Shown here piece by piece: positions 20,625-32,400 of a stretch of DNA of 64,000 nt. The notes under the pieces were generated by a model that worked only from the letters and a program-made list of their open reading frames with translations, did not search any database and was not told where the DNA came from. Positions within the stretch are counted from its first letter, which is position 1. Every line of letters begins with the position of its first letter. Both the position numbers and the translations under genes were made by a program. The DNA comes from an uncultured Holophagales bacterium (GTDB taxonomy: Bacteria > Acidobacteriota > Thermoanaerobaculia > Multivoradales > UBA5704), in contig CAWJGT010000008.1 in the NCBI GenBank assembly GCA_963842525.1, positions 46,520 to 110,519 on the forward strand. Reading direction: 5' to 3'.

Positions 20625-20982
20625 GATTTTTCCCGCCAGGACTCTACCACGGATCTTGGCTGGGGATAACGCACTTGCGTTACAACTCCCCACCTATCGA
20701 AGACGCGAGCCACCAGCTCGACGCGGTCGCCGCGGAGATGATGGCAGCGTCTGTCCCCGTGCGCCAAGCAGCCGCCGTGGGACGACAACCCACCCGCCAC
20801 CTATCCCCATCGCGCAGCTCCCGCGAAGGCGCTCCCCATCTAGAATGTTGACGAAAAGGCATCGTCACCGGCACGCCAAGCAGCTGGGCGGGGATGGCAG
20901 CGCCCAACCACCCGCGCGAGGTCCACCCGGCCGCGGAGAAGGCAACGTCCCGCCCCCGCGTCCCGGAGCCGATCGCGAAGGC

Positions 20983-21147
20983 GTGCCCCCACCAGCCGCT
21001 GACGCACTCCGCTACCACAACCACACCGATGCCGAGCTCGAACGCCGCCGCCGGGAGCTCTACGGCCTCGCCGACATCACTGTGACGTGCTTTCTGAAAG
21101 AAAGGAACAGGGCCACGGCCCACCCAGCCAAGGAGCCTTCGGGATGA
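20983..21147 (+). CDS. Small hypothetical ORF translationally coupled to the serine recombinase
   Basis: 'TDAELERRRRELYGLADI' helix; its TGA overlaps the recombinase ATG (ATGA); start uncertain. Confidence 0.35.
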   Translation: MPPPAADALRYHNHTDAELERRRRELYGLADITVTCFLKERNRATAHPAKEPSG

Positions 21148-22743
21148 CCTCACTCCGGGCAATCATCTACTGCCGCGTCAGCAGCAAAGAGCAGACCCTC
21201 AACCTCTCCCTCCCAGTCCAAGAAGACCAGTGCCGAGCCTTCTGCAAGCAGAATGGCTGGGAGGTCGATCGTGTCTTCATGGAACGCGGCGAGTCCGCCA
21301 AGACCGCCAACCGCACCGAGCTGCAGGCGGCCCTGACCTACCTGCGCGAGCAGAACAAGCGCACCGTCCGGGTCCATGTCTTCGTCGTCACCAACGTCGA
21401 CCGGTTCGCCCGCGACGCCTTCGATCACGCGATCATCCGCCGCCACCTGGCCGGCCTCGGCGTCACCCTTCGAGACGTCAGCAAGCCCATCGACGAGACT
21501 CCGGCCGGCAAGTTCATGGAGGGCATCTTCGCGGCCCTCTCCCAGTTCGACAACGACGTCCGGGGCGGACGGACCAAGGCAGGCATGCAGGAGGCCCTAC
21601 GCCGCGGCCAATGGGTCTGGAAGCCACCTCTGGGCTACCGCCGGACAGCAAGACCCTGCAGCTCGACCCCGAGCGCGCGCCGCTCGTCCGGCTCGGCTTC
21701 GAGCGCTTCGCCACCGGCCTATACACCAAGGCGCAGGTTCTCGAAGAGCTCAACCGGCAAGGCCTCCGCACCCGGCAAGGCCGCGAGCTGTCTCCCCAGA
21801 AGTGGGGCGAGATGCTCACCAACCGCGTCTACATCAGCCGGATTCTCCAGCGGACCTGGAACATCGAGACCATCGGCAACTGGCCTCCCCTGCTCGACGA
21901 AGACACCTTCTGGCGCTGCCAGAGCCTCCTCGCCACGAACGGCGAGATCGTGCCGAAGGAGCGCAACAACCCGGACTTCCCGCTCCGGAGCTTCACCACC
22001 TGCGGCCACTGCGGGCACCCCCTCACTGGCTCCTGGTCTCACGGCAAGCGCAAACGCTATGCCTACTACCACTGCCCGCCGAAGGCCCGCTGCCGCAAGA
22101 CGAACATGCCCCGGCGCGAGCTCGAAGCCAAGTTCCTGAGCCTCCTCGAGCGCCTGCGGCCGCGCCCCGAGTTCCTGGCCCTCTTCCGGGCCCTCGTCCT
22201 GGACGTCTGGAAGGCTCGGAAGGAAGACGTCGCCGCCCAGCGGACCGCCGCCGAGCGGAAGATCGCGGACCTGAAGCGGCGCAAAGACAACTCGTCGAGG
22301 CCTTCATCTACCAGAAAGTCATCGACGAGGGCACCTACAAGGACCAGCTCGACAAGCTCAACGAAGCCATGACCCTGGCCGAGATCGACCAGCACGACCA
22401 GAGGGCGGACGAGCTCGACATCGAAGCCGTCCTGGGCTTCGCCGAGAGGGTCTCCCTGAATGCCCCGAGGCTCTGGCTGGAAGCCAACCTCGATCAGCGT
22501 CAGAGGTTCCAGGCGTTTCTGTTTCCGGAAGGATTGGAGGTCGTGGAAGGGGAGATTCGAACACCCGTAACTGCCTCATTCTACGAGGAGTTACAGCACT
22601 TCACTACCCCTGAGGAACGTTTGGTAGCCCACGGCGACACGAGTTCGAACACTACCACACGGCTACGGCCCTCGGCCTTTGCGCGCTTGGAGAAATTCCT
22701 CCGGCGGGTGGACTCTTTCAGACGCCAGCAGGTTGCGGCCTGA
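21144..22743 (+). pseudogene. Large serine recombinase/integrase with two frameshifts
   Basis: Catalytic 'IYCRVSS', 'DRFAR', 'PPLGY', Zn-ribbon 'CGHCG...YYHC'. Frame shifts near 21645 and 22290; the second copy reads through the latter site. Confidence 0.88.
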
Positions 22744-22874
22744 GGGAAGGGCGGCAAGGGACCTTCCCGTCCCGGGGCCTCGCCTTCCGGCCTTCCGGGC
22801 TCCCCCTTGCCCTGGCCCGACATCTGAGCATATTCTTTTTACCACTTCATCAGTCGGGCAAGGGGGGCTCTCCG

Positions 22875-25800
22875 ATGACTCGGACGAGGTCGCGGCGATT
22901 CTGTGGGCTTTTGCAGGCCTTCCGGCGGTGGGCGCCCTGGACGGTCCACCTCGCGCTGGCCGCCGTCCTCAACAGCGCCTTCGACGGGCCGGCCTTGGCG
23001 GACGAGATCGGCCGGTGGCGAGCGCTCGACGCCTCACTGGTCGAGGCGGACCGAGTCCCAGGCCCCCCTTCGTTGGACGAGCTCGTGGCCCTCCTGGCCC
23101 CGCTGATGGAGAGCGACGCGTCCTTCCTCCTCCCCCAAGAGAAGCCCGCCCCCGAACCTGCTGCATCTCAGCGGGTGTCCGGAGCATCGCGCCTGAAAGC
23201 TCCTCGCCCTCGCCCACGAACAGAGGCGGTAGAGCCGTCCCAGATTGCGATGAAGCTCTCCCCTCTCCCGGAAACGGAAGAGAGGATTGAGGAAAGCAGC
23301 ACGGCGGTGCTCGAGGCCGCAGCCAGCGCCGCACCGCCCATTCCGCCCCCGCCCTCGCTTCCAGGTCTCCCGCAAGAGGAGAGCGGCCAGCCGGTCTCCT
23401 CGGCCAGCCCTGCGGCAGCCGTATCGGCCGCGGGGGACGCAATCCCCCTGATCCTGGGCTGGAACCTGGTCTCCCTGCCCAAGCAGCCGGACAGCGTCGA
23501 TCCGGCCTCCGTCCTCGTCTCCATCTCGGGGAGCTATCAGGTCGTCCACGCCTACGACGCCTGCTCGTCCGACCCATGGCGCACCTACGACTCTGCCAAT
23601 CCAGCCGAAAGCTCGTTGACAGCAATAGATCACCGGATGGGCCTCTGGGTGCGGGCCACTGCCGCGGCCACTCTCGCGGTTTCCGGGACCGAGCCGGTCG
23701 AGACCTCGATCCAACTCTGCCAGGGCTGGAACCTGATCGGTTATCCGCTCTCCCAAGCCAGGCCGGTGCTCGCCGCCCTCTCCTCGATCGCCGGCAAGTT
23801 CCAGCGCGTCTACGGCTGGGACCCTGCCGACCCTGCTGATCCCTGGGAGGTCTTCGACGTGGCCGTGCCCGCCTGGGCCAATGACCTGGAGCAGATGCTC
23901 CCCGGGCGAGGCTATTGGGTCTACGCCACCGTGGACACGACGCTGGTGATGTCCAATGCTGGCCTGCCGCCGGAGGTGGAGATCAGCAGCCCAGCCAATG
24001 CGGCGGCCGTCACAGCTCCGACCGACATCGTCGGAACCGTGCGCAGCAACCTTCTGGAGAGCTGGACGCTCGCTTGGCGGCTCAAGGGAGAGACAGGCAG
24101 CTTCACGACCTTCGCCACCGGCAACACGCCCGTCAGCAACGGTGTGCTGGGAAAGCTCGATCCAAGGCTTCTCCTCAACGGTCTTTATGAAATCGAGCTG
24201 ACGGCGACGGATTTTCAGGGGCAGTCGGTTTCGATCTCCATCGACGTGGTCGTGGAGGGAGAGCTCAAGATCGGCAACTTCACCCTCTCCTTCACCGACT
24301 TGGAAGTGCCGCTCGCCGGTCTGCCGATCCAGGTCATACGCACCTACGACAGCCGCGACAAGCGCGTTGGCGATTTCGGAGTGGGGTGGACACTCAGCCT
24401 CTCCAACGTCCGCCTGCAGGAGGACGGTCCGGTGGGAGAGGGCTGGCAGGGCACCCGGAGCCCGGGGGCATTCCCGACCTACTGCGTGGTCCCGACACGC
24501 GGGCGCCGGGTGACCGTGACGCTGCCGGACGACACCGTCCTGCGCTTCGAGCCGCGGGTGAGCCCGCAATGTCAGCCGCTCGTGCCTCCCCAGGTGGTCA
24601 CACTCACCTACGCGCCGCTGCCCGGGACCCTCGCCACCCTCGAGATGCTGGATCAGAGCCTGCCCGTCCTGGTGGTCGGCAGCTTTCCAGGGCCGGTGGA
24701 GCTGTGGGACCAGGAGACGGTCGAGCTCCAGGACCCCGGGCGGTACCGATTGACTCTCAAGGATGGACGCCAGCTCGTCATCGATCAGCAGCAGGGCGGC
24801 CTGACCAGCATCAAGGATCGGAACGGCAACGAGCTGACCGTCGGCAGGAACGGGATCACCCATTCGAGCGGGAAAGGGATCACCTTCCAGCGCGACGGGC
24901 ATGGCCGGATCACGCAGATCACCGATCCCGCAGACAAGAGCCTCACCTATTCCTATGACGCCGCCGGCGACCTGGTCACCGTGATCGATCGCGAGGCGGC
25001 GACCAGCCGCTTCACCTACAGCTCGAATCACTTTCTGCTGTCGACGCAGAACCCGCTTGGCCGGCAGCCGATCCGCAACGAGTATGACGCCGCCGGCCGG
25101 CTGATCCGCACGACTGACGCCTTCGGCAAGACGATCGAGCTGACGCACGACGTGGCCGCCAACCGGGAGGTCGTCACCGACCGGCTGGGCCATTCGCGGG
25201 TGCTCGAGTACGACGCACGGGGGAACGTCGTCCGCGAGACCGACGCGTTCGGCAAGGTGACGGCGCGGACCTTCGGCTCCGAGGACCGGCTGCTGTTGCA
25301 GACCGACCCGCTCGGGCACACGACGAGCTATGCGTACGACGCCAACGGCAACCAGACGGAGATCCGCGATCCTCTCGGGAACGTCACGCGCTACACGTAT
25401 GACGCCAGCGGCAATGTGTTGACGGCCACCGATCCGCGCGGCAAGGCGACGACGAGCACCTATGACGCGGCGGGAAACCTCCTGTCGACCCGCGATCCGC
25501 TCGGCAACATCACCACCTACACCTACGACGAGAAGGGCAACCTCCTTACCGAGACCGACGCTGCCGGGGGTGTGACCACATATGTCTACGACGTGGAAGG
25601 CAACGTCGTCCGCGAGACCGACGCGCTGGGGACGGTGACCACCGCGACCTACGACCGCAACGGCAACCGGCTCACCCAGAGCCTGACGCGGACGACGCCT
25701 TCAGGGCCGGAGACGCTGCCCTGGACCTACACCTACGAAACCGAGGGCCGGCTGCGGGCCACGACCAACCCCGACGGCTCGACGCGCGAGACGGTCTATG

Positions 25801-28634
25801 ACGCCATGGGGCAGGTCACAGCCACCATCGATGCGCTGGGCCGGCGGACGGAGCGGATCTACGACGAGCTCGGACGTCCGGTCCAGATGCGCTACCCCGA
25901 CGGCACGACCGAGGCCTTGACCTATGACGCCGAAGGCCGCCGGCTCACCCTGACCGACCGCGGCGGGCACACGACGTCGTTCGTCTACGACGCGGCCGGG
26001 CGGATCGAGACCACGACCTTTGCCGACGGCTCGTCGACCGAGAACGTTTACGACGCGGCCGGCCGCCTGACCTCCTCAGTCGATGCCCGCGGACACGCCA
26101 CGACCTATACCTACGACGCGGCTGGGCGGCGCACCGGCGTGACCGACGCCCTCGGTCACGAGACGCTCTTCGACTTCGACGCAGCCGGCAATCAGACCGC
26201 GGTGACAGATGCCCGCGGCAAACGGACCCGCTATGTCTACGACGACGCCGGGCGTCCCATCCGGGTGGAGCATCCCGACGGCGCCACGACCGAGACGGAG
26301 TACGACCGGCTGGGCCGGCGGACCCAGGAGACCGACGAGGCAGGGAACGCGACCCGCTTCGGCTATGACGCGCTGGGGCAGCTCGTCACGGTCACTGATG
26401 CCCTGGGCCAGGTCACCCGCTACGCCTATAACGAACGGGGCAACCGGATCTCGCAGATCGACGCCAACGGCCATGAGACCAGCTTCGAGCACGACGCGCT
26501 CGGCCGGCGGACGAGGATTGTCCTGCCCGATGGCACCGTGGAGCGCCGCGCCTACGACCTGGTGGGCAACCTCAAGGAGAGGACCCGCTTCGACGGCGCG
26601 GTGGTCCGCTACGCCTACGACGCGGCCGACCGCCTGCTCTCGCGCAGCTATCCGGACGGCACGAGCGTCTCCTTCACCTACACCCCCGCCGGCCGGCGGT
26701 CTACGGCGGTCGACGCGCGGGGCACGACGAGCTACACCTACGACCAGCGCGACCTCTTGGTCTCTCGGACGTATCCCGATGGGCGGGAGCTGCGCTACGC
26801 CTGGGACGCTGCTGGAAACCGCACCGCGCTCACGGCGGTCGTCGGCGGTACCACGTTCACCACCACCTACAGCTATGACGATCTCGATCGTCTGGAGACG
26901 GTGACCGATCCGGCCGGCAGGGTCTACGAGCACGCCTACGATCCGAACGGCAATCGCGCGTCCCTCAGCTACCCGAACGGGGTCGAGACGACCTACCGCT
27001 ACGACGACCGCAACCGGTTGCTGGAGCTCAGCTCGGTGCGGCCGGCGGACAGCTCGGTGGTGCAGTCCTACGTCTACACGCTGGGTCCCGCCGGCAACCG
27101 CACGGCGGTCCGGGAGCACGACGGCACGCTGCGGGATTACGGCTACGACGCGCTGTACCGGCTGACCACAGAGACGGTGAGCGATGCGCTGGGGATGGTC
27201 TACCGCAACGTTTTCGGGTACGACCCGGCCGGCAACCGGATCCGCCAGGACCGCACGCGACGGGCAACCGGAGGTGGGACGACCACGGCGGTGATCACCT
27301 ACGGCTACGACAGCCGTGATCGGCTGCTGACGGGGGATTCCGCCGCGTATGGCTGGGACGCGGATGGCAACCTGACGAGCCGGAGCGGGCCGGCAGGGGC
27401 TACCTATCAGTGGGATTTCGAGGATCGGCTGGTTCAGGCGACGCTCGCCGATGGCACGGTGGTCCGGCACGAGTACGACGTGGATGGCGTGCGGGTGAGG
27501 ACGGAGGTCACGCCGGCCGGCGGGCCTGCCACCGTCGTCGAGTACCTGGTCGACATGTCCGGGCCGCTGAGCCAGGTCGTGGCCGAAGGGCCGAATACGA
27601 CCACCGTCGCGACGCTCTACGTGCGCGGCGACGACCTCCTCGCGGTCATCCGGGGGGCCCAGGCGCGGTGGTACCACGCCGACGGCCTCGGCTCGATCCG
27701 GGCCCTGACCGACGAGACCGGCGCTGTGACCGACCGGTGGTCGTTCGAGGCCTTCGGATCTCTCCTCAGCCATCAGGGGACGGACCCGCAGGCATACCTC
27801 TTCGCGGGCGAGCCGCTCGATCCGAACCTTGGCTTCTATCAACTGCGCGCCCGGTGGATGGACCCGGCGCTGGGCCGGTTTGCCAGCACCGATCCACACC
27901 CCGGATCCGAATTCGATCCGGCGTCGCTCCACAAGTATCTCTATGCGCGGAACGCGCCCACGGTCTTCATCGACCCGACAGGGCGGGACTTCAGCCTGGC
28001 TTCCTTCAGCATTGCGGCAGCCGTGCGCGGCGCGCTCATCGGGGTCGCGATCACGGCCCCCTTCAGGCTCCTCGCCGCCGCTCAGAAGCTGCGGGCTGGC
28101 GCGGATCTGGGTGCCGTGTCTCAAGAGCTGGCGCTGGGCCTGGCCCAGGACTTCGCGATCGGCCTGGTCCTCGGAGGTGTCCTCCAGTACATCCCTCGCC
28201 TCTTCGCCTTGCGGTTTGCCGGCGAGGCCGTCAAGCGCGCGTCCACATCGTTCTGGAACCTGAATCCGTTCGCTCGCGGGCGGGCCATCGAGCAAGCAAT
28301 CCTCGGCGGACCCGCCAGATTCCCGAATGCTCCCGTCGTCGAAGACGTGGTCGAAGGTGTCGCCACCTCGATCAAGAGCATCGATCTGACGGCCGTCACC
28401 TATGAGTCGACCTCGGCGCTCAGGAGCCTGGTGAGCCGATATGCGCGGGACCTCGCGACATTCACCTTCAACATAGGACCGTTCTCGGCGAATCAAGTCT
28501 CCCAGAGGGTTCTGGTCATCGCCATCGAAGAGGGAGCTGCGACGGCGGCCCAGGCCACTGTGCTCCAACAATTCATGCGGACTGCGCAGTACCTGTGGCC
28601 GGAGATCAAGGTTCTCATCGTGGCTATTCCTTAG
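22875..28634 (+). CDS. Secreted RHS/YD-repeat polymorphic toxin with C-terminal CdiA-EC869-like nuclease domain
   Basis: Signal-like N-terminus (..GPALA), two GWNL repeats, 'RTYDSRDK..GDFGVGW', many YD repeats, RHS core ending 'FIDPTGR', tip 'NPFARGRAIE...ATSIKSIDL...RVLVIAI'. Confidence 0.9.
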   Translation: MTRTRSRRFCGLLQAFRRWAPWTVHLALAAVLNSAFDGPALADEIGRWRALDASLVEADRVPGPPSLDELVALLAPLMESDASFLLPQEKPAPEPAASQRVSGASRLKAPRPRPRTEAVEPSQIAMKLSPLPETEERIEESSTAVLEAAASAAPPIPPPPSLPGLPQEESGQPVSSASPAAAVSAAGDAIPLILGWNLVSLPKQPDSVDPASVLVSISGSYQVVHAYDACSSDPWRTYDSANPAESSLTAIDHRMGLWVRATAAATLAVSGTEPVETSIQLCQGWNLIGYPLSQARPVLAALSSIAGKFQRVYGWDPADPADPWEVFDVAVPAWANDLEQMLPGRGYWVYATVDTTLVMSNAGLPPEVEISSPANAAAVTAPTDIVGTVRSNLLESWTLAWRLKGETGSFTTFATGNTPVSNGVLGKLDPRLLLNGLYEIELTATDFQGQSVSISIDVVVEGELKIGNFTLSFTDLEVPLAGLPIQVIRTYDSRDKRVGDFGVGWTLSLSNVRLQEDGPVGEGWQGTRSPGAFPTYCVVPTRGRRVTVTLPDDTVLRFEPRVSPQCQPLVPPQVVTLTYAPLPGTLATLEMLDQSLPVLVVGSFPGPVELWDQETVELQDPGRYRLTLKDGRQLVIDQQQGGLTSIKDRNGNELTVGRNGITHSSGKGITFQRDGHGRITQITDPADKSLTYSYDAAGDLVTVIDREAATSRFTYSSNHFLLSTQNPLGRQPIRNEYDAAGRLIRTTDAFGKTIELTHDVAANREVVTDRLGHSRVLEYDARGNVVRETDAFGKVTARTFGSEDRLLLQTDPLGHTTSYAYDANGNQTEIRDPLGNVTRYTYDASGNVLTATDPRGKATTSTYDAAGNLLSTRDPLGNITTYTYDEKGNLLTETDAAGGVTTYVYDVEGNVVRETDALGTVTTATYDRNGNRLTQSLTRTTPSGPETLPWTYTYETEGRLRATTNPDGSTRETVYDAMGQVTATIDALGRRTERIYDELGRPVQMRYPDGTTEALTYDAEGRRLTLTDRGGHTTSFVYDAAGRIETTTFADGSSTENVYDAAGRLTSSVDARGHATTYTYDAAGRRTGVTDALGHETLFDFDAAGNQTAVTDARGKRTRYVYDDAGRPIRVEHPDGATTETEYDRLGRRTQETDEAGNATRFGYDALGQLVTVTDALGQVTRYAYNERGNRISQIDANGHETSFEHDALGRRTRIVLPDGTVERRAYDLVGNLKERTRFDGAVVRYAYDAADRLLSRSYPDGTSVSFTYTPAGRRSTAVDARGTTSYTYDQRDLLVSRTYPDGRELRYAWDAAGNRTALTAVVGGTTFTTTYSYDDLDRLETVTDPAGRVYEHAYDPNGNRASLSYPNGVETTYRYDDRNRLLELSSVRPADSSVVQSYVYTLGPAGNRTAVREHDGTLRDYGYDALYRLTTETVSDALGMVYRNVFGYDPAGNRIRQDRTRRATGGGTTTAVITYGYDSRDRLLTGDSAAYGWDADGNLTSRSGPAGATYQWDFEDRLVQATLADGTVVRHEYDVDGVRVRTEVTPAGGPATVVEYLVDMSGPLSQVVAEGPNTTTVATLYVRGDDLLAVIRGAQARWYHADGLGSIRALTDETGAVTDRWSFEAFGSLLSHQGTDPQAYLFAGEPLDPNLGFYQLRARWMDPALGRFASTDPHPGSEFDPASLHKYLYARNAPTVFIDPTGRDFSLASFSIAAAVRGALIGVAITAPFRLLAAAQKLRAGADLGAVSQELALGLAQDFAIGLVLGGVLQYIPRLFALRFAGEAVKRASTSFWNLNPFARGRAIEQAILGGPARFPNAPVVEDVVEGVATSIKSIDLTAVTYESTSALRSLVSRYARDLATFTFNIGPFSANQVSQRVLVIAIEEGAATAAQATVLQQFMRTAQYLWPEIKVLIVAIP

Positions 28635-28643
28635 GAGGCGCCG

Positions 28644-29327
28644 ATGAGTTTCTGGGATCGACTCGGCAAGTATCGGACACATGGTCCGCAGGCGGTTGGC
28701 GAGTTGGCCCTGCAGCCGCCCGACGTCTTTCGCCGCATCCTCGGGGAGGTGGCCGACGAGGTGCTGTTGCCTCTCGGATGGGTCCGTGGCAAAAAGCTCA
28801 TGTGGTCCCGGCTTTGCCAGACCTGGGCTGATCAGGTGATCGAGCTGCAGCCTCTGAGGAGCGCTGTCGGTGCCCGTTGGGGTCTGCGCCTTTCGTTCAT
28901 GCCCGCGCTCAAAAAAGGGCGCGGAGGAGCCCGGCCGCTCGACCTCTCCTACGATCCGCTGGACTACGAAAGGGACAGGACTCCCTGGACGATCAGCCAG
29001 TTTGCGAACGAGGAGGAGCTGCGTGCGGAGACCCGGGCCCTGGTGCGACGCGCCCTCGCGGAAGTTGACGCGCTGTCCGTCTGTTGCCGGGACCTCCGGT
29101 CCCTGATCCGGTGCTTCGAGGAGAAGAAGACGAGGAAATACATCGGCTTCGGCTTTTACAACTATCCGAATGAAGTCCTCGCGTATGCGGCCGTGCTCGG
29201 GCTGGTCGAACGCGAAGACGAAGCGCTCCAGGAGCTCGACGCCGCATTCACCCGGCTGAAGGCGTCCGATGCCGAGCAGGAAAAGCTCAGGCAGGATCTG
29301 GTGGAGCTATGGAAGAAGGGGATCTAG
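28644..29327 (+). CDS. Candidate immunity protein for the RHS toxin
   Basis: AGGAGG RBS, starts 9 nt after the RHS stop, 227 aa, no obvious signal peptide. Function inferred from position only. Confidence 0.6.
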   Translation: MSFWDRLGKYRTHGPQAVGELALQPPDVFRRILGEVADEVLLPLGWVRGKKLMWSRLCQTWADQVIELQPLRSAVGARWGLRLSFMPALKKGRGGARPLDLSYDPLDYERDRTPWTISQFANEEELRAETRALVRRALAEVDALSVCCRDLRSLIRCFEEKKTRKYIGFGFYNYPNEVLAYAAVLGLVEREDEALQELDAAFTRLKASDAEQEKLRQDLVELWKKGI

Positions 29328-29442
29328 CGCTGGCGCGGAGGACACGATACAGTGCGGACAGTTCCAGTAGTCAAGCAGGTAAAGATCCCGAGGGGATGGT
29401 TCCCGGGGGCGAAGATGCTTCGGTAGCGATCGGGAGAGGACC

Positions 29443-32400
29443 TTGATGATGCTCTCGCGGCAGCGGAAGGTGGATGGCAGGCTCCCTGGGGTGGCGGCGC
29501 GCACCCTTGGGCTGGCGTGCGCCTGCCTGCTGTTCGCGGTCCGCGCCTTCGCCGTCCCCGCTGCGCCGGGCAATCTCCTCGCCACGCCCGGCAACGTCAA
29601 GGTCACGGTGACCTGGAGCGCCGTCACCGGCGCCACCGGCTACAACGTCTACCGCAGCCTCGCCCCGGGCGGCCCGTACGGCGCGCCGCTCGCCGGGGGC
29701 GTCACCGGCACGACCCACACGGACAACGCGGTCGCCAACGATACGACCTACTACTACGTCGCGACGGCGGTCGACGGCACGGGGGAGGGTCCGCTGTCGG
29801 CGGAGGACCCGGCCACGCCGCGGGCCGGCACGTTCGTCAGCGGCGTGATCGGCAGCGCCAGCCCCATGGCGACGACTTGGAGACTGGCCAACAGCCCCTA
29901 CGTGGTCGTCGGTGACGTCGAGGTGCGAGGGACCATCAACGATTTCAACAACCGGACGAGCACCCTCGTGATCGAAGCGGGAGTCGCCGTGCTCTTCGAG
30001 CCCAGGACGGGTCTGTTCGTTGGCGACGACACGACGTTCAACGGCCACAACGGGAGGCTGCAAGCCACGGGAGCGACGTTCACGTCCAATCGCATTGCGC
30101 CGGCGGCTGGAGATTGGAAGGGCCTCCGCTTTGGCAACACGGCCGTGGACGGAGGCACCAACACGTTCCTTGACGGCTGCACGGTGGAATGGGCGGGCGG
30201 CTCTGCGGCTCTGGCGGCGGTCATCGTCAACCAGTCGGCCCCCGAGCTGCGCAACGGCACTCGGGTGCTGCGCACGGCAACGGGAGGGATCCACGTCTCC
30301 GATTCAGCAGCGGTGACGGTGATCGGCGGCGAGGTGGAGGGCGGGTTGGCTCCCGCGGTGCGGGTTCTGGGCTTTTCCACCTTGCGTCTGACGGGAGTCA
30401 CCTTCCGCGGCGGCACGTACCCGGTGCAGATCCAGCCGAACGTCGTGTTGGCCGCGCTGACGGGGAACACCTTGGAGAGCTACGCGCCCGAACGTGCCGG
30501 CCTGGCGGTGGAGGGCGGCATCATGGGCTCCACGCCGATCCAGAACCGTACGTGGCCGGGCGGAGACTTGCCGTACATCGTGTTGGGCGATCTGACGGTG
30601 CGGGGGAACATCAACGACTTCAATAACCGGACGAGCACGCTGGTGATCGGCACGGGGGCGCAGGTGCGGTTCGAGCCCGGCACCGGGCTGTTCATCGGCG
30701 ACGACACGACGTTCGACGGCCACAACGGGAGGGTGCAAGCCACGGGAGCGACGTTCACGTCGAATCGCACGACTCCGGCGGCAGGAGATTGGAAGGGCCT
30801 CCGCTTTGGCAACACGGCCGTGAATGGAGGCACCAACACGTTCCTCCATGGCTGCACGGTGGAATGGGCAGGAGGCTCCGGAGTCCTGGCGGCGGTCATC
30901 GTCAACCAGTCGGCGCCCGAGCTGCGCAACGGCACACGGGTGTTGCGCACGACGACGGGAGGTATCCACGTCTCCGATGGGGCGGCGGTGACGGTGATCG
31001 GCGGCGAGGTGGAGGGCGGGTCGGCTCCGGCGGTGCAGGTTCTGGGCTTTTCCAGCCTTTTTTTGACGGGAGTCACCTTCCGCGGCGGCACGTACCCGGT
31101 GCAGATCCAGCCGAACGTCGTGTTGGCCGCGCTGACGGGGAACACCTTGGAGAGCTACGCGCCCGAACGTGCCGGCCTGGCGGTGGAGGGCGGCATCATG
31201 GGCTCCACCCCGATCCAGAACCGCACATGGCCGGGCGGAGACCTGCCGTACATCTTGTTGGGCGATCTGACGGTGCGGGGGAACATCAACGACTTCAATA
31301 ACCGGACGAGCACGCTGGTGATCGGCGCCGGAGCGCAGGTGCGTTTCGAGCCCGGTACCGGGCTGTTCATCGGCGACGACACGACGTTCAACGGCCACAA
31401 CGGGAGGCTGCAGGCCACGGGAGCGACGTTCACGTCGAATCGCACGGCTCCGGCGGCCGGCGACTGGAAGGGTCTCCGCTTCGGCAACACGGCGCTAGAC
31501 GGGGGAGCCAACAACTTCCTCCATGGCTGCACGGTGGAATGGGCGGGAGGCTCCGGAGCCCTGGCGGCGGTCATCGTCAACCAGTCGGCGCCCGAGCTGC
31601 GCAACGGCACTCTGGTGCTGCGCACGGCGACGGGAGGGATCCACGTCTCCGATGGGGCGGCGGTGACGGTGATCGGAGGCGAGGTGGAGGGCGGGTCGGC
31701 TCCGGCGGTGCGGGTCCTGGGCTTTTCCAGCCTTTCCCTGACGGGAGTCACCTTCCGCGGCGGTACGTACCCGGTGCAGATCCAGCCGAACGTCGTGTTG
31801 GCCGCACTGACGGGCAATACCTTGGAGAGCTACGCGCCCGGACGTGCCGGCCTGGCGGTGGAGGGCGGCATCATGGGCTCCACCCCGATCCAGAGCCGGA
31901 CATGGCCGGGCGGAGACCTGCCGTACCTCGTGTTGGGCGATCTGACGGTACGGGGGAATATCGACGACTTCAACAACCGGACGAGCACGCTGGTGATCGG
32001 CACGGGGGCGCAGGTGCGGTTCGAGCCTGGCACCGGGCTGTTCATCGGCGACGACACGGGGTTCGACGGTCACCGGGGGAGGCTGCAAGCTACGGGAGCG
32101 ACGTTCACATCCAATCGCCCAACTCGAGCGGCTGGAGACTGGAAGGGACTCCGCTTCGGCAATACGGCTGTGGACGGAGGCGCCAACACCTTCCTCGACG
32201 GCTGCACCGTGGAATGGGCGGGAGGCTTTGGAGCCCTTGCCGCGGTCGTTGTTAGCCAGTGCGATCCCGAGTTGCGCAATGGCACACGAGTACGTCGAAC
32301 GGCCACCGGGGGCATCTATGTATCCGACAGCTCAGTGATGACGGTGACTGGTGGCGAGGTGGAAGGCGAGTCGGCTCCAGCGGTGCGGGTCCTGGGCTTT

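Noticed and set aside
22621-22660. tRNA gene
   Set aside because: Only a loose TGGTAG...TTCGAAC resemblance and no cloverleaf; kept only as a possible att remnant.
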